From: Candidatus Multivoradales bacterium
GTDB taxonomy: Bacteria; Acidobacteriota; Thermoanaerobaculia; Multivoradales; JAHEKO01
Reading direction: 5' to 3'
NCBI GenBank assembly: GCA_965248055.1
Contig: CBDFIJ010000004.1
Coordinates: 352,001-416,000 of the forward strand
Length of the DNA: 64,000 nt
Below are positions 48,359 through 58,912 of the stretch, piece after piece; within the stretch, counting starts at the first letter, position 1, and every line of letters begins with the position of its first letter. The notes under the pieces were generated by a model. It was not told where the DNA came from. It saw nothing but the letters and a program-made list of their open reading frames with translations, and ran no database searches. Position numbers and translations under genes: made by a program.

Positions 48359-48385
48359 TTGAAACTCGGCCCGAGTTTCAACGTA
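48359..48385 (+). promoter_or_regulatory. ECF sigma (SigW-like) promoter embedded in an inverted repeat
   Basis: TGAAAC (48360-48365), 16 nt, CGTA (48382-48385). TTGAAACTCGG-C-CCGAGTTTCAA is a perfect 11-bp inverted repeat. Confidence 0.6.
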
Positions 48386-48454
48386 TCAATGCTTGCGCAC
48401 GGCAAAGGGTGAGCCGAATAGCGACAGCAACCATTCCCAGGAGGAGTATCAACC

Positions 48455-49690
48455 GTGAAACGTACCTTGATCATAGCCAGTATCGTTCTGGTCCTAGCGT
48501 TGGTGAGTTGGGTGTCTCTTAGCAATCGATCCAAGGATTCCGGTGGTGTCGAGGTAGAACTCGCCGAGGTATCCCGCACGACGGTTGTCGAGACGGTCAA
48601 CGCCACCGGCCGAATCCAGCCGGAAACCCAGGTCAATATCAGTGCCGACGTCAGCGCCAAAATCATCGCCTTGGAAGTCAACGAGGGTGACCCGGTCGAG
48701 AAGGGTGATCTCCTGCTCGAGCTAGACCGCGGCAACTTCGCCGCGGCGGTGGACAGCGCGCGGGCCAACCTAAATTCTCAGTTGGCAAACGAAGAAGTCG
48801 CAGCAGAAAACAGCAAGCAAGCCGACAGCGACTTCAGACGATCACAAGCTCTATTCGACCAGTCTCTCGAAACTCAGGCCTCGCTAGACGGTACCTCGGC
48901 GGCAGCCGAAGCTCGCAGAGCCGAACTTCGATCCGCGGGCGAACGCGTCAAGCAAGCCCGCGCCGCGCTCACCCAGGCTCAAGAGGACCTGTCGCGGACG
49001 AGGGTCACTACCCCGATCTCAGGAACGGTCAGTCAGCTCAACAAGGAGCTGGGTGAGATTGCCGTCGGATCGCAGTTCCAGGAGGACGTCATTATGGTGA
49101 TCTCCAACCTTGCAGGAATGGAAGTGCTGCTGGATGTCGATGAGAACGACATTGTTTCAATTTCCTTAGGCGACAAGGCGACCATTGAGGTCGACGCCAT
49201 GCCGAACCTAGCGCTTGCCGGAGAAGTTGTAGAAATGGCCAACACTGCCAAGGTAACAGCGGACGGATCAGCGGACCAAAAGACCGAGTTTCAGGTCAAG
49301 GCTGCCGTGCTCGACGAGAACCCCGCATTGCGTCCGGGGATGACGGCCTCTGCCGATATTGTGACGGAAACACGCGACAACACCCTTGCCGTACCGGTGC
49401 AGAGCGTGACTGTGAGAACCCTTGATCAACTCAGCGCCAAGGCAGACGACGGCGAGACCGAGAGCAACTGGACTCCGGACAAGGACGGCTTTGTTGAACT
49501 GGTGTGGGTGATCGAAGACGGCAAGGCAGTAGCTAGGCAGGTCAAGACCGGGATTCAGAGCGATTCCCACATCGAGATTCTGGAAGGCCTGAGCGAAGGG
49601 GACGAAGTTGTGGTCGGCAGCTACCGGGCGATCTCGAAAGATCTGGAGATTGGCGCCACAGTCACCACCGCGACCGGCGAGGAAGAGTAG
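48455..49690 (+). CDS. MacA-like periplasmic adaptor subunit
   Basis: TM anchor, ATGRIQP, TPISG, VDENDI, LRPGMT and VKTG..IEILEGL motifs. Confidence 0.92.
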   Translation: MKRTLIIASIVLVLALVSWVSLSNRSKDSGGVEVELAEVSRTTVVETVNATGRIQPETQVNISADVSAKIIALEVNEGDPVEKGDLLLELDRGNFAAAVDSARANLNSQLANEEVAAENSKQADSDFRRSQALFDQSLETQASLDGTSAAAEARRAELRSAGERVKQARAALTQAQEDLSRTRVTTPISGTVSQLNKELGEIAVGSQFQEDVIMVISNLAGMEVLLDVDENDIVSISLGDKATIEVDAMPNLALAGEVVEMANTAKVTADGSADQKTEFQVKAAVLDENPALRPGMTASADIVTETRDNTLAVPVQSVTVRTLDQLSAKADDGETESNWTPDKDGFVELVWVIEDGKAVARQVKTGIQSDSHIEILEGLSEGDEVVVGSYRAISKDLEIGATVTTATGEEE

Positions 49691-49695
49691 AAAGG

Positions 49696-50379
49696 ATGGC
49701 GACCACCATTGAGATGGATCAGATCACCAAGACCTACGGCATGGACCTAACCGAAGTCCAAGCGCTGCGACAGGTATCCCTGACCATCGAGAAAAACGAT
49801 TACGTTGCCGTCATGGGGCCTTCGGGTTCGGGGAAATCGACCTTGATGAACATCGTCGGCTGTCTCGACACGCCAACATCGGGTTCCTACTTACTGGAAG
49901 GCTTGGATGTCAGCACCTTGAAGGATGACCAGCTGGCCGAGATTCGCAATGAGAAGATCGGCTTCGTTTTTCAAACCTTTAACCTAATCCCTCGCTCCAC
50001 CGTATTCCACAATGTCGAGTTACCGCTCATCTATAAAGGAATCGGTGCCGCAGAGCGCAAGCAACTTACGGAAGAGGCGCTCGAAGCGGTTGGCCTCACC
50101 GATCGCATAACCCACAAACCCAACGAACTGTCGGGCGGTCAACGTCAGCGCGTTGCGATCGCCAGGGCACTGGTCAACAAGCCGTCTCTGTTGCTGGCGG
50201 ACGAACCCACCGGAAACCTGGACTCGGCAACCGGAGCCGAAATCATGGCCCTGCTGGCAGACCTCCAACAGAGAGGCAACACCATCATCTTGGTCACCCA
50301 CGAGCAGGAGATGAGCCGATTGGCGAAACGGATCGTAAGGCTACGCGACGGGATGATCGAAAGCGACGAGCAAAACTAA
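49696..50379 (+). CDS. ABC transporter ATP-binding protein (MacB-type)
   Basis: [24 protein letters not shown] and DEPTGNLD motifs. Confidence 0.95.
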   Translation: MATTIEMDQITKTYGMDLTEVQALRQVSLTIEKNDYVAVMGPSGSGKSTLMNIVGCLDTPTSGSYLLEGLDVSTLKDDQLAEIRNEKIGFVFQTFNLIPRSTVFHNVELPLIYKGIGAAERKQLTEEALEAVGLTDRITHKPNELSGGQRQRVAIARALVNKPSLLLADEPTGNLDSATGAEIMALLADLQQRGNTIILVTHEQEMSRLAKRIVRLRDGMIESDEQN

Positions 50380-50447
50380 TGCTTCCTCCTGTGAATACAA
50401 TGACGTCTGCGGCTTCGGCGTTTCCCCTCTCAGCAAGGGAGCACTAA

Positions 50448-51683
50448 ATGCGTGCTGCTGGGCAGGTTGGTGAAGCGATCAAGATAGCTGGCGGCTCCCT
50501 GCGCGCGAACAAGGGCCGCAGCTTCCTAACCGCGCTGGGAATCATCATCGGCATCATCGCCGTGGTCACGACGATGACCGCCGCCAACGGACTCTCCAAC
50601 AACTTCAAGCAGAGCGTTTCCGCCTTAGGCTCGGACGTACTCTATGTTTCGCGCACTCCTTGGGTGATGAGAGGAAACTTCTTCCAGTTCCGCAACCGCC
50701 CTCAAGTCAAACTGACTGAGGTCGAACAACTGACTCGTCGGCTGCCAGATGCATTGGCGGTCAACCCAACCATCGAGACTGGCAAAGCCATCAAGTTTCG
50801 CTCCACCAGCCAAGAAGATGTGTCCATCGTTGGCACCACCGACCAACACATGGTGATCTCGACGGCTAGCGTTGAGTTAGGCCGGTTCATGACCCCGTTC
50901 GAGGTCCAATCCCGAAAGAGGGTGGCTGTCATCGGCGAGAAGATCAAAGAACGGCTGTTTGAAAACACCGACCCTCTCAACAAGAAAATCAAGATCGGTC
51001 GCCACACCTTTCGCGTGGTCGGTGTGATGGAAAAACAAGGTGGCTCGAGTTTCTTTGGCGGCCCCGACCTGGACAGCCAGATCTACATACCAGTGACGAC
51101 GTTTGCGCGGGTATTCGGCGGCGCCAACAGGCAGATCAACATCGCGGTCAAGGCGCCGTCCCAAGCAGCGCTCGATGACTTTGAGTTTGAGTTGATCGGC
51201 GAAATGAGAAAAATCCGCAAGCTGCGCCCGCTTGAAGACGACAACTTCGCCATCAACCAAATGGACACGCTGGTGGGAATGTTCAACAACGTCATGGGGG
51301 TGGTTTTGCTGATCGGTCTGGTGATCACCACTATCTCGTTATTTGTCGGTGGCATTGGGGTGATGAACATCATGTATGTCTCGGTGACCGAGCGGACTCG
51401 GGAAATCGGCGTACGCCGAGCGATCGGCGCCAAGCGGCGCGCGATCATGGCTCAGTTCCTTTCAGAGTCGGTGGCGATCTGTGCAGTCGGTGGCCTGATC
51501 GGCTTGGCCGGGGCTTACGGTGTCACTGCCCTGATTAACAAACTGGTGATGCCCGCTGGGCTGTCTCCCGGAATCGCGCTCGTCGCGATTCTGGTTTCCG
51601 CAGTGGTGGGCGTGGTCTTCGGATTCCTGCCTGCTTGGAAAGCCGCCCGCCTCCACCCCATCGACGCACTACGCTATGAATAA
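50448..51683 (+). CDS. MacB-like ABC permease
   Basis: RSFLTALGIIIG, VGGIGVMNIM.VSVTERTREIG and LHPIDALRYE motifs. Confidence 0.95.
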   Translation: MRAAGQVGEAIKIAGGSLRANKGRSFLTALGIIIGIIAVVTTMTAANGLSNNFKQSVSALGSDVLYVSRTPWVMRGNFFQFRNRPQVKLTEVEQLTRRLPDALAVNPTIETGKAIKFRSTSQEDVSIVGTTDQHMVISTASVELGRFMTPFEVQSRKRVAVIGEKIKERLFENTDPLNKKIKIGRHTFRVVGVMEKQGGSSFFGGPDLDSQIYIPVTTFARVFGGANRQINIAVKAPSQAALDDFEFELIGEMRKIRKLRPLEDDNFAINQMDTLVGMFNNVMGVVLLIGLVITTISLFVGGIGVMNIMYVSVTERTREIGVRRAIGAKRRAIMAQFLSESVAICAVGGLIGLAGAYGVTALINKLVMPAGLSPGIALVAILVSAVVGVVFGFLPAWKAARLHPIDALRYE

Positions 51684-51697
51684 AGGAACCGCTACCG

Positions 51698-52948
51698 ATG
51701 ATCTTTTTTGAAGCCTTCAAAATGGCCCTACGTTCGGTTCGCTCGCACAAGCTACGCTCGTCGCTCACCTTGGTGGGGATCATCGCGGGAGTGGCCTCGA
51801 TCATCGCCGTTATGACCGGAATCTCGGTCGTCCAAGCATCCATGGAAAAAGAGATGAGCGTCCTCGGATCGACCACTTTTCAGGTTCAGAAGTGGCCTGC
51901 GGGTGGCTTCAACAACGACGTCGAATGGCGCAAGATTCAGCGTCGCAAGCCAATCACGGTCGCAAACTCGGCGGCGGTTCGAGACAACGTCTCCTCCGTC
52001 GACCTGGTCGGGTCCGAGCTCTGGGGATACGGAGCAACCATCAAGTTTCGCGGGGAATCATCTGAAGGCAACGCCATGATCTGTGGCGGTACCAAAGAAT
52101 ATGCGCCCAACAACACTCACTACATCGAGTTTGGGCGCAATATTTCCGACGAGGATGTCAAAACCAAGCGAAAGGTCGTAGTCATCGGTTACGCACTAGC
52201 GGAACTGCTGTTTCCCTTTATCGATCCAATTGGCCACGACGTTAAGGTCGATGGCCGCAACTACAGAGTGATCGGCATCTTCGAACAAAAGTCCTCAGCG
52301 ATGGGTGGAAACTTCGACAACTACATTCTGATGCCGGTTTCTACCTTCACCAGCGCTTACGGGCTGCGCGGTGATATTCGCGGCGGGGAGCGCTCGGTCA
52401 ACATGACGGTCAACGCCAAGTCACCAGAACTGGTGGCGACGGCGATCGAAGAAACACGCGCCGTCTTGCGCCGCGATCGTGGAGTCCCAGCGCGCGAGGA
52501 AGATGACTTCACCATCTTCACCAACGATAGTCAGATACGGAACTTCAATGAGGCTACCGCTGGCGTCAAGGGTGGCGCCTTCGTCATCGGCATCGTCGCG
52601 CTTCTGGTAGCCGGCATTGGCATCACCAACATCATGTTGGTCTCGGTGACCGAGCGAACCCGCGAGATCGGCGTGCGCAAAGCGGTGGGTGCCAAGAGAA
52701 AGCACATCCTGCTGCAGTTCCTGCTCGAGGCAATCCTGCTGTGCAACGTGGGTGGAGTCATCGGCGTGCTGGTGGGGTTCGCATTGGGAAACATTGTTAC
52801 CTTCTTTACGCCGTTCCCCGCCAACGTCCCGGTCAACTGGGCCTGGATCGGAGTCATCTTCTGTACTGTTGTCGGCATTACCTTTGGCATGTGGCCTGCA
52901 CTGCGCGCCTCGCGCCTGCCACCAATCGCAGCACTCAGTCACGAGTAA
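51698..52948 (+). CDS. MacB-like ABC permease (second subunit)
   Basis: RSSLTLVGII, GIGITNIMLVSVTERTREIG and PPIAAL motifs. Confidence 0.95.
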   Translation: MIFFEAFKMALRSVRSHKLRSSLTLVGIIAGVASIIAVMTGISVVQASMEKEMSVLGSTTFQVQKWPAGGFNNDVEWRKIQRRKPITVANSAAVRDNVSSVDLVGSELWGYGATIKFRGESSEGNAMICGGTKEYAPNNTHYIEFGRNISDEDVKTKRKVVVIGYALAELLFPFIDPIGHDVKVDGRNYRVIGIFEQKSSAMGGNFDNYILMPVSTFTSAYGLRGDIRGGERSVNMTVNAKSPELVATAIEETRAVLRRDRGVPAREEDDFTIFTNDSQIRNFNEATAGVKGGAFVIGIVALLVAGIGITNIMLVSVTERTREIGVRKAVGAKRKHILLQFLLEAILLCNVGGVIGVLVGFALGNIVTFFTPFPANVPVNWAWIGVIFCTVVGITFGMWPALRASRLPPIAALSHE

Positions 52949-53134
52949 GTAGACCGTCTCGGAACCGAATCGTCGCTCCCCATACTACGGCGGGCACTAG
53001 GTGCCATCAGGATCGTTGACCACCGTTGGAGCTTCTTGCAACTAGTCATCGACGCGCAACGCTCGGATCATCGAAGACTGCCGTCAGCTCACGCTTCCTA
53101 TTGAACTTCCACTGCTACAGTCCTGCCGCAACCA

Positions 53135-53506
53135 ATGTCACAACATCCCCTCAATCTAGCGCTTCGATTCCTTCTCGAATTGACGGCCCTGGGCGCGATA
53201 GGCCTCTATGGCTGGCAGATGGATTATGGCCCGTGGCGCATACCGATCACCATCGGTTTGCCCTTCATCATGGCAGTAGCGTGGGGAGCTTTCGCCGTGC
53301 CCGACGATTCCAGCCGTTCAGGTAACTCCCCGATACCAACACCAGGTATTTTGCGCCTAATCTTGGAATTAGTGATCTTCGGGTTCGCAACATGGGCGCT
53401 TTATTGGATGGAATTCAGTTGGTGGAGTTTGGCACTGGGGAGCCTGGTCACAGTTCACTACCTGCTTTCCTATGACCGAGTGGCATGGTTGTTGGGCCTT
53501 CGGTAA
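53135..53506 (+). CDS. YrdB/DUF2568 family membrane protein
   Basis: NLALRFLLEL, WGAFAVP and RLILEL motifs. Confidence 0.85.
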   Translation: MSQHPLNLALRFLLELTALGAIGLYGWQMDYGPWRIPITIGLPFIMAVAWGAFAVPDDSSRSGNSPIPTPGILRLILELVIFGFATWALYWMEFSWWSLALGSLVTVHYLLSYDRVAWLLGLR

Positions 53507-53815
53507 ATCCCTGCAGCCAGCATTATTTGAATGGCGCATGTTTTCTCTGCACCCATTCTTGCGCAGTCCCTGGCCCTTTCTTGCTCTGCCCAACACTCAC
53601 CGTCTCCACTCCAATTGATGACCTCAATCTCACCGACATCAACAATAGCGGGACTGCGGGTATCCGTTTCATTGAAACGGTTGGCACTGCATCAACCTCG
53701 ACACACGGCTCTATCGTTGGCTCCAGTAACTGGCTCGGCCATCAGCAGGTATGCACTCCGATGGTCCTCGGCATTCTAAGTTGAACCAGACAACGGTCGG
53801 ATAAGCTAGCGCGCC

Positions 53816-55084
53816 ATGCAACCGCCGCAACGGCATCGTTCAGGGTTTATCGCCAGTCTCGGCCCTGGCTTCATATGGGCAGCTTCAGCCATCGGCGTCT
53901 CCCATTTGGTTCAATCGACCCGTGCCGGGGCGACCTACGGTTGGGCTCTGGTTGGCGTGGTAATCCTGGCCAACGTGCTGAAATACCCCTTTTTCGAGTT
54001 TGGACCGCGATACGCAGCAGCGACCGGCGACAGCCTGCTCGAAGGCTACCAACGGCTTGGCCGATGGACGATCTGGGTTTATCTCGTGCTCACCGTCGGC
54101 ACCATGTTCGCCGTGGTTGGCGCGGTCACCCTGGTCACCGGAAGTCTGGCGACGCAGATTTTCGGCGACGTACTGAGTCCCTTTGGTTATAGCGTTGTCC
54201 TGCTTCTGGTTTCCGCTGCAATCCTTTTCATCGGCCGCTATCCGCTGCTGGACACCCTGATCAAGGTCATCATCGTCGTCTTAACCCTGTCGACAATTTC
54301 CGCGGTGGTCATGGCCGCCACCGCCAACCCGATGACTGCGACCTCGGCGGGAGGTGAAGGCTCCTCCGTTCTCTGGACCATGGCTGGGTTTTCGTTCCTG
54401 ATCGCCCTGATCGGTTGGATGCCGTCCGCCGTCGACATATCCGTCTGGCATTCACTCTGGACCCTCGAGCGCGCCAAACAGACCGGCCATCACCCCACCG
54501 TTCGCCAGGCGTTGCTCGATTTCAACATTGGATACCTGGGAACGGCAGTGATGGCGCTCGCGTTTTTATCCTTGGGAGCGCTGGTTTTCTTCGGCTCAGG
54601 AGAAACGGTAGCCGACGCACCTGTAGCGTTTGCCTCACAGCTGGTGCGGATCTACACCACCGCGCTCGGACCCTGGAGCCGACCGTTGATTCTTGCCGCC
54701 GCCTTTACCACCATGTTCTCAACCACTCTGTCGTGTACAGATGCCTTTCCTCGAGTGCTATCGCGAACAACCGGCATCCTAGCGCCCAAATTGGCGCGCG
54801 CGTCGTGGACCTACTGGGGATCGATGGCCCTACTCATCGGTGGTGCTTTGCTGCTCATCAGCGTGTTTCGAGGTCGCCTGACCCTCATGGTCGACATCGC
54901 CACTACGTTGTCGTTTCTCACTTCGCCGATTCTCGGCTGGTTTAATCTCAAAGCGGTTACCGGAGATTGGATGCCTGACGGTACTCAGCCTCCCGTGTGG
55001 CTGCGCGTCCTGTCATGGGCAGGGCTTGTCTTCGGCGTCACCTTCGGCATCGCCTTTCTTACTTGGCGCTTCGTGCTCAGTTGA
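53816..55084 (+). CDS. Nramp-like divalent metal transporter
   Basis: LGPG..AAS.IGVSHLVQSTRAGA, KYPFFEFG.RY, GWMP and TMFSTT motifs. Confidence 0.85.
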   Translation: MQPPQRHRSGFIASLGPGFIWAASAIGVSHLVQSTRAGATYGWALVGVVILANVLKYPFFEFGPRYAAATGDSLLEGYQRLGRWTIWVYLVLTVGTMFAVVGAVTLVTGSLATQIFGDVLSPFGYSVVLLLVSAAILFIGRYPLLDTLIKVIIVVLTLSTISAVVMAATANPMTATSAGGEGSSVLWTMAGFSFLIALIGWMPSAVDISVWHSLWTLERAKQTGHHPTVRQALLDFNIGYLGTAVMALAFLSLGALVFFGSGETVADAPVAFASQLVRIYTTALGPWSRPLILAAAFTTMFSTTLSCTDAFPRVLSRTTGILAPKLARASWTYWGSMALLIGGALLLISVFRGRLTLMVDIATTLSFLTSPILGWFNLKAVTGDWMPDGTQPPVWLRVLSWAGLVFGVTFGIAFLTWRFVLS

Positions 55085-55306
55085 CCTGGATCGGTTGCCC
55101 TTGACGGGCGCCTATCCTGCTAACGACGTCGATCTCGCCGGCATCGCAATCGATCTCCAGCTTCCACTCGTCAAGCGTCCGAGGGCAGGGAGCACCGACG
55201 TTGAAACCGTTGCACGATTCCGTCAACCAACAAAGGGTTGGATCGAGCAACAGCTCGAAGCCATACGGCTGAGGAAAAATCTAGCCCTTGACACCATGCC
55301 TCCTAA

Positions 55307-55575
55307 CTAGGGCCTGTTAACGCTTGTCAGATCGCTGCGACGGTGGTCCATTTTGTTCAATGCGAGAAACGACAAGCGCAATGTACTCTAGTACTTCAGT
55401 GAGGAGAGACGAAGCAGTGGGCAAAATGGGACCCGTCCCTTCGGGTTGCTGGCCCAAACGGTCCCATGCTGCGTTGCTCGTCGCTCATTTGGAACGGCCA
55501 AACTTCACTCCTCACGCCTTGCTTGCCCCGTTGAGCCGGCAACGCAACAATCTGACAAGCGTTAACAGGACCTAG
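55307..55575. mobile_element. 269-bp MITE with ~33-bp terminal inverted repeats bounded by CTAG
   Basis: Left end CTAGGGCCTGTTAACGCTTGTCAGATCGCTGCG. Right end (reverse complement) CTAGGTCCTGTTAACGCTTGTCAGATTGTTGCG. No transposase. Confidence 0.85.
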
Positions 55576-55595
55576 TGGTACCTATCATTGGCTGC

Positions 55596-56009
55596 TCAGT
55601 CATAGTAGAACTCGGCGACCTTCTCAGTCACGCGGCCATCGCGGTATATCACGACTCGTATTCGATAGTGCGTGTCACCCGGACTGTGAGTCCACCGCGC
55701 TGTCCTTTCCATGCCCAACTCGGATTCTCCAGCAAACCAACTGCCCAGAGGTGGCCCCAAGATCTCTTCTACTTCGGCTTCAGTCATCCCGACACTCACG
55801 CGTCGGAACGCTCTTTTAGAATATCCATCAGCATATACCGTGTCCTCGCCCAGGAGTAAAGTCACGAAAAGACTCTGGGGACCATCCAGCGGCCACTCCA
55901 CGATCGCTCTACCGAGACGGAACATGACCAGGATCACCAGGACCATGACACAGACCAGAGATAGAAGAAGACGGCGTGAGATCACTTCAGAATCACTCGT
56001 TGCGTGCAA
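55596..56009 (-). CDS. Membrane-anchored hypothetical protein with a SmpA/BamE-like motif
   Basis: TM segment followed by VSVGMTEAEVEEILGPP. Confidence 0.65.
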   Translation of the reverse strand: MHATSDSEVISRRLLLSLVCVMVLVILVMFRLGRAIVEWPLDGPQSLFVTLLLGEDTVYADGYSKRAFRRVSVGMTEAEVEEILGPPLGSWFAGESELGMERTARWTHSPGDTHYRIRVVIYRDGRVTEKVAEFYYD

Positions 56010-56108
56010 TGGACAATGTTGCTCCAGTACATGCCCATTTCACGTTGCCAAGCGCTCTCTTGTTGGGAGGGCACCTATTCCCGCCTATCGCCACAATTTC
56101 TGCCAGCA

Positions 56109-56651
56109 CTATTTCTGTGCCGCAATTTGAAACAGCCAGGCCGATGTGAGCCACACAGCAACGAAGACTCCCGTCAGTATCAGGGTGCCGTCCCATCCAG
56201 CGGCCATGGCAATCACAGCCACCAAAGTCTGAGCCAGCGCCGTAGCCACCAACACACGGGCCATTCCCCGTGGCTGGAAGCGCACGATGATGGCACCCAT
56301 GATCCCGACCGCTAGCACTCCGCCGTACATCAAGTTGGCAGGGTTCCCCTCTTGCCCGATGATGCCAACCGCAAGGTTGATCCAGACCAGAATGAACGCC
56401 GCCGCGAGTGCAACGCCAACTGCAGCGCGGTACGTGTTATTGCCCGTCGCCCTCGCTGCCAGCTCGTAGGTGCCGCAAGCGCCAATCAACATGGCACCGA
56501 AAACAGCGAAATCGACTAGGTCCCAAACCACTTCTTCGGTGAACTGCATCGCGATCAAGGGCAGCGCCAGTACCAACATCGCCGTACCCCAAACCGCTAC
56601 TCTCCAGCGGCTACCGTCTCGTCCACTACCGTTTGCTGCGTTCTCTGCCAT
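56109..56651 (-). CDS. Conserved hypothetical membrane protein
   Basis: About 6 TM helices, with LPLIAMQFTEEVVW, WINLAVGIIG and GMAR motifs. GGAGG RBS. Confidence 0.8.
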   Translation of the reverse strand: MAENAANGSGRDGSRWRVAVWGTAMLVLALPLIAMQFTEEVVWDLVDFAVFGAMLIGACGTYELAARATGNNTYRAAVGVALAAAFILVWINLAVGIIGQEGNPANLMYGGVLAVGIMGAIIVRFQPRGMARVLVATALAQTLVAVIAMAAGWDGTLILTGVFVAVWLTSAWLFQIAAQK

Positions 56652-56873
56652 GACTTTGCCTCCGAGAGGATGACCCAATATGCCGCCTGAACATGCCGTG
56701 AGTATGTCCTGTTTGTGGCGAAAACGTGGCTCGGCGCCCAACGCTCTTTCTGCAGGCATCGCACCACTTTCGCTATTCGATGGCACCTTTTTCTGCACTT
56801 TTTTCCGGCAGCACCTGATTAGCCGGCAGATCCGATCCGGATCGATCGTCGGACCGGTAAGATCGCCCAACCA

Positions 56874-58397
56874 ATGGTTAATCCCGACTTACAATCCCGG
56901 CTCTCTCATGCACTGGGGATGACTCTCGCTTTCGCTGGCTTGGCATGGGCAGGCCAGGAGTCGGCAACAGCCTGTACCACCGTTCTGATCGGCAAGGGAC
57001 TCACCGCCGACGGTTCGGTGATTCACGCTCACAATGAGGATATGGGCAACGACGCAGCAGGACGTTTGTGGGCGGTCGCCCCAGCGCAACACGCGGAGGG
57101 CGTGACGCTTGGCGTGCCCTACGTCGAGCTGCCACAGGCCGCTACGACCTTCGGCTATTGGGCTTCGGGTAATGCCTCGGGAGCGGCTGGACTGGGCACA
57201 TCGAATCAGAGCCTCCCGTACGACTCGGTGCTCGTGGGACTCAACCAGCGCGGTGTTTCGATGAGTTGCAACTGGGCTCATTCGCGCGAAGACAACCTCG
57301 AAGGTGTCGGCATTCGTCGGTATGCAATACGACAGCTTCTACTCGAACGGGCAACCAGCGCCAGGCACGGCGTCGAGATTCTCGGAGAATTGATCGAAAC
57401 CTACGGTCAGGCCGATTGGGGCGGCTTGATCTACAACCTTGCCGATAGCAGCGAGGCTTGGGTGGTTGAAACCACCAGTCGAAATTGGGTCGCGCGCAGG
57501 GTCCGTGACGATGAGATCCGCGTCACGGCAAACCGCTTTAGAATCGGCGCGGACTATGACCTGAGCAGCGAGACTCTGGTTAGCCATGCGGTCGAAAACG
57601 GTTGGCTCGCGTCGGCAGAGGAGAGACTGGACTTTAGCCAAGTCTACGGGCGGCGCGCCGTAATGAACCAACCGTACGACACCCGCCGAGAGCAGCGAGT
57701 TCTGGCGATACTAGAAGCGAAAGTAGGTGGGATTGAGCCGCGCGATCTGTTCCCGATCCTGCGCGATCGCTATGAAGGCAGTGATTTGTACACGCCGCCA
57801 CAACCAACTCCTGTCTGGCGTAAAGACCTCGCCGAACGGCCTGAGATTAGCCGTACTATTAACACCAATCTCGCGCAGTCAACCTTTGTCGCTCATATGC
57901 GCGGCGATTTGCCGGTCAGCGTGGGTTCCGTCATGTGGTTCGGGTTCGGTACCCCGAGCTACGCAGGGTACGTGCCTCTGTACGCCGGCGGCAACTCGGT
58001 TCCGAGGGAGTATTCAGCCCAGCCTCAGCAAGCCGAGCTTGGTTTGGAAGCAAGCCCCAGTTCGGCATGGTCGTGGTTCAGACAGCTGCAGAGGGCAGCC
58101 GACCCTAGATATGAAAAGGTTTATCCGGCCGTCAGAGCTGACTGGGACGTGCAGCTTGCAAGGTCCATGGAGAAGACAAGAAAGGCCGAGCGTGCGGCTC
58201 GGAATTTGCTCGAGAGCGGGCAGGCCGAGGCGGCCGTTCGCCTGCTGGCGGTGGTTACAGATGAAATCGGCCAGAGCACCCTGCGGCAAGTCCGAAAGCT
58301 GTTGGATCGCGTCGAGGTAGGCACAGCAGACAACGTGTCCGCCTCCGAGGGTCAAGAGCTTGGCAGTTCGACTGCTAAATCAGCAAAGAAAATGTGA
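56874..58397 (+). CDS. Peptidase C69 (dipeptidase/secernin family), secreted
   Basis: Nucleophile motif CTTVLIGKGLTADGSVIHAHNED, plus GLNQRGV and LERATSAR. Confidence 0.88.
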   Translation: MVNPDLQSRLSHALGMTLAFAGLAWAGQESATACTTVLIGKGLTADGSVIHAHNEDMGNDAAGRLWAVAPAQHAEGVTLGVPYVELPQAATTFGYWASGNASGAAGLGTSNQSLPYDSVLVGLNQRGVSMSCNWAHSREDNLEGVGIRRYAIRQLLLERATSARHGVEILGELIETYGQADWGGLIYNLADSSEAWVVETTSRNWVARRVRDDEIRVTANRFRIGADYDLSSETLVSHAVENGWLASAEERLDFSQVYGRRAVMNQPYDTRREQRVLAILEAKVGGIEPRDLFPILRDRYEGSDLYTPPQPTPVWRKDLAERPEISRTINTNLAQSTFVAHMRGDLPVSVGSVMWFGFGTPSYAGYVPLYAGGNSVPREYSAQPQQAELGLEASPSSAWSWFRQLQRAADPRYEKVYPAVRADWDVQLARSMEKTRKAERAARNLLESGQAEAAVRLLAVVTDEIGQSTLRQVRKLLDRVEVGTADNVSASEGQELGSSTAKSAKKM

Positions 58398-58573
58398 AGC
58401 CGAAAAACTCTCCCAGCGGATGTTGGCAGGCTATTTTTCTCTGGTCTCCATGAGTTTTTGGTGGCAGCTCGGCTCCCTGAGCTTCTATGATGCCGCCTAA
58501 TGAGTGGCACTTATTTTCGCTGTCAATACCTGTTTCTGAAACTGGGCGCAGCACCCGACCAAACCACGGTCAG

Positions 58574-58912
58574 CTAGCCATAGAAAATCGGATCTTCGTC
58601 GACAACCGAGAGAAGGTCTCCGATGTCGGGGGATGGCGAGCAGTCTCCATAAATATGCCATTTGAGGTTGCGGTCAAGCCAGTACAAGTTCCATAGACGA
58701 TCTTTCACCAAGAAACGAAGTTTCGCGACATCGTAGTTTCGGTATTCGGTTGGGTTGTCCCAAAGGGGGCGGCGCTCCGCAATGTACGCGTAGTTGCCCT
58801 CGATGCGGTAAACGATCTCCAATAGGTGCTGAAGGTCCGGCTTGGTCCGGTCCGCGCAGTACTTTTGGAGCACCTTCTCGGCTTTGTGGTTTTCTATCTC
58901 GCTGATTGGCAT
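58574..58912 (-). CDS. DUF3024 family protein
   Basis: ERRPLW, VAKLRF, WNLYW.DRNLKWH.Y and DEDPIFYG motifs. Confidence 0.85.
   Translation of the reverse strand: MPISEIENHKAEKVLQKYCADRTKPDLQHLLEIVYRIEGNYAYIAERRPLWDNPTEYRNYDVAKLRFLVKDRLWNLYWLDRNLKWHIYGDCSPSPDIGDLLSVVDEDPIFYG

Noticed and set aside
53771-53790. Possible att duplication of the ychF 3' end
   Set aside because: The match is short and gapped, and no integrase is in the window.
58821-58829. Minus-strand copy of GCACCTATT
   Set aside because: It lies inside the DUF3024 coding sequence, so it was treated as chance and not counted.
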